From Oscillospiraceae bacterium (GTDB lineage Bacteria; Bacillota; Clostridia; Oscillospirales; Acutalibacteraceae): a DNA stretch of 27,803 bases. A model generated the notes under the pieces. It was not told where the DNA came from. It searched no databases and saw nothing but the letters and a program-made list of their open reading frames with translations. Made by a program: the position numbers and the translations under genes. The stretch lies in the NCBI GenBank assembly GCA_009783605.1, contig WRDE01000001.1, positions 1 through 27,803 of the forward strand, given 5' to 3'. This document shows, one piece after another, positions 25,939 through 27,803 of this stretch (position 1 is its first letter; each line of letters begins with the position of its first letter).

Positions 25939-26514
25939 TCACTTTTCAACCTCAATGGCAAACCCGCTCCAGTTATCCGCGTATTGCAGCAGCAGGGTCA
26001 GCCGTTCCTCTTTGGCGGCGACGCTGCGGTTGTCCTCCACATACTGGCCGTCATGATACAGGATGGCCTGGGTTTCGGCTTCGGTCAGCGGGATGTATGG
26101 CAGGATCAGATACAGGCTCCGGGCCGGAACGCTCAGGTAGGTCAGATCGGTGTTGAACCGGTAAGGGTAGGTGGCGGGATAGCCGTACTGCTTCTGTCTT
26201 GGGGTTGGCTCGTTGATCAGATATTGGGGGGTACCCGGTACCCCTGCTTTTCCCAAATCGTGCAGCAGCCCGACGATGACGCAGCTCTCGTCCGAAATCT
26301 CCGGCGCCAGCAGCGCCTTGAGCTTCAACAGCGTTTCGGCGACGTTGATGCTGTGCTCCAGCAGCCCGCCCTCCCGGCAGAGATGGAACCGGGTGGAGGC
26401 CGGCGCGGTGAGCCACGCGGTCTCTTTTTCTATGCAGGTTATCAGCCGATCAAAACAATCCTTCCGGTCGGTAACCTTTTGTTTGAGAGCGGCGTAGCGT
26501 TCGGGGACTGTCAT
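25939..26514 (-). CDS. HD-domain phosphohydrolase
   Basis: APASTRFHLCREGGLLEHSINV...GLLHDLGK...ILYHDG...LQYADNWS. Start corrected to 26514 (SD AAGGAG). Confidence 0.9.
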   Translation of the reverse strand: MTVPERYAALKQKVTDRKDCFDRLITCIEKETAWLTAPASTRFHLCREGGLLEHSINVAETLLKLKALLAPEISDESCVIVGLLHDLGKAGVPGTPQYLINEPTPRQKQYGYPATYPYRFNTDLTYLSVPARSLYLILPYIPLTEAETQAILYHDGQYVEDNRSVAAKEERLTLLLQYADNWSGFAIEVEK

Positions 26515-26573
26515 GGTGTAAACTCCTTTTTGTTTTGATTCTATTAATGTTAAGCGGCTATTCGCCCAATTCA

Positions 26574-26693
26574 TACTAATAACGAATGAGAAACATTCGT
26601 TATTAGTACGTTTTGCCGAAAGCAAAACCCGCTCCCCGCAGGGAGCGGAACCCATTCTTTTTGAAAAGCATCGCAACGATTTTCAAAAAGAAT
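26574..26693. repeat. Cluster of four adjacent hairpins
   Basis: Stems of 15 bp (26574-26608), 7 bp (26610-26628), 8 bp (26629-26648) and 14 bp (26654-26693). Confidence 0.8.
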
Positions 26694-27558
26694 TAGTATC
26701 ATTCGCCGCCGCGATAAACTGCTCCAGCGTCAGCGCTTCCGCCCGGATATTTACGGGCAAGTCCTGAGCCGCCAATACTTCCGCCAGCCGTTGCTTGTCA
26801 AATCCGCCCGCCGCCGCCGCGTTGACCAATGTTTTGCGCCGCTGGTTGAATCCGGCGCGGATCAGCGCGAACAGCCGCCGCTCATCCGCAGCGGCGTTAG
26901 CTGCCGCTTCCTCTGCCCGCGGCGGCTTCACCGTCAGCCGGATCACGCTGCTGTCGACGGCCGGGGCCGGCAGAAAGCTGCCCCGGGAAACCGAAAACAA
27001 TATCTCCGGCTCGGAAAAATACGACACCGCCAGCGAGACGGCGCCGCAGGCACGGGTGCCGGGCGCGGCACAGAGCCGGTCGGCAGCCTCCTTTTGTACC
27101 ATCACGGTGATTGACCTGACCGGCAGCCGCTGCTCCAGCAGCGCCATGATCAGCGGCGAGGTGATATAGTAAGGCAGGTTGGCGCAGACCGACACCGGCA
27201 TCCCGGGAAACCGTTCGGCAATAATCCGCCGCAGATCCAATTTCAGCGCGTCTCCCTGAATAATCTCAACATTCCCCTGTCCGGCCAGCGTCTCGTCTAA
27301 TACCGGCAGCAGCCGGCGGTCCAACTCGATAGCCGCCACCTTGCCGGCCCGGGAGGCCAGCTCCCGGGTCAACACCCCGACCCCCGGTCCGATCTCCAGT
27401 ACACCGGTATCCGCCGCCGCGCCGCAGGCTTCCGCCATCCGCGGACAGACGCTCGGGTTGACGAGAAAATTCTGCCCCAGCTTTTTGGAAAAAGCGAACC
27501 CGTGACGGTCCAGCAGTCCCCGCAGATAGGCGATATCGGTCAGTTTCGGATGGGACAT
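26683..27558 (-). CDS. rsmA: 16S rRNA (adenine1518/1519-N6)-dimethyltransferase
   Basis: FSKKLGQNFL, VLEIGPGVGVLT, IELD, ANLPYYITSP, MVQKE, F.PAPAVDSSV, GFNQRRKTL, RAEAL. Confidence 0.98.
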   Translation of the reverse strand: MSHPKLTDIAYLRGLLDRHGFAFSKKLGQNFLVNPSVCPRMAEACGAAADTGVLEIGPGVGVLTRELASRAGKVAAIELDRRLLPVLDETLAGQGNVEIIQGDALKLDLRRIIAERFPGMPVSVCANLPYYITSPLIMALLEQRLPVRSITVMVQKEAADRLCAAPGTRACGAVSLAVSYFSEPEILFSVSRGSFLPAPAVDSSVIRLTVKPPRAEEAAANAAADERRLFALIRAGFNQRRKTLVNAAAAGGFDKQRLAEVLAAQDLPVNIRAEALTLEQFIAAANDTNSF

Positions 27559-27588
27559 ATAGCCTCCTGCTTTCCGTATATTGCAATC

Positions 27589-27617
27589 AGTATACCATAC
27601 CCAACCACAATTTTCAA
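27589..27617 (-). promoter_or_regulatory. rsmA promoter
   Basis: Minus strand TTGAAA-N17-TATACT with extended TG. Confidence 0.75.
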
Positions 27618-27624
27618 AAAAATA

Positions 27625-27653
27625 TTGTATTTTATATATTATTATGCTATACT
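27625..27653 (+). promoter_or_regulatory. Divergent promoter of the right-edge ORF
   Basis: TTGTAT-N17-TATACT with extended TG. Confidence 0.7.
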
Positions 27654-27691
27654 GATATGAAAAATTATGTCATTTTCGGGAGAATTTGGCC

Positions 27692-27803
27692 ATGCTGCGA
27701 CCAATCGTGGAATTCGATTACTGGGGGCTGCCGGTTTACCTCATTATGGGGTTGATCGGGCTGCTGTTTGGGTATATCTCGCTCACCAATAAACAGACCA
27801 AGC
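27692..27803 (+). CDS. 5' end of a membrane protein (possibly Lgt-like); runs off the right edge
   Basis: MLRPIVEFDYWGLPVYLIMGLIGLLFGYISLTNKQTK. SD GGGAGA and a promoter upstream. Too short to assign a family. Confidence 0.55.
   Translation, partial: MLRPIVEFDYWGLPVYLIMGLIGLLFGYISLTNKQTK

Overview
Chromosomal window from a GC-rich Clostridia (Oscillospirales-like; this taxonomy is inferred from the protein sequences). The housekeeping backbone is ACT/DUF711, rpsB-tsf, cvpA-pgsA-clp, guaB, aroK, DUF1292 plus a probable 6S RNA, and rsmA. Accessory genes and non-coding repeats are interspersed. Most notable: (1) a secreted dockerin-MltG lytic transglycosylase fusion (5109-6128) enclosed by a duplicated ~230-bp hairpin/promoter region, forming a 1301-bp cassette between tsf and cvpA; (2) a family of 7-bp tandem arrays placed at gene ends, where each unit carries a stop codon in the transcript sense, so most arrays block all three frames and three supply the gene's own stop; (3) a mosaic of palindromic REP-like units around the 6S RNA, with covarying stems, a duplicated 6S 3' end, and an inverted doublet that supplies the stop codon of a VanW-family gene; (4) an ANT(6)-GrpB double nucleotidyltransferase fusion; (5) a membrane-anchored excisionase-like HTH gene inserted in the ACT-DUF711 pair; (6) a shared candidate ECF promoter upstream of both an ECF sigma factor and its beta-propeller partner. 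No CRISPR array, tRNA, rRNA, transposase or integrase was recognised. All family calls come from motif recognition by eye; no searches were run.
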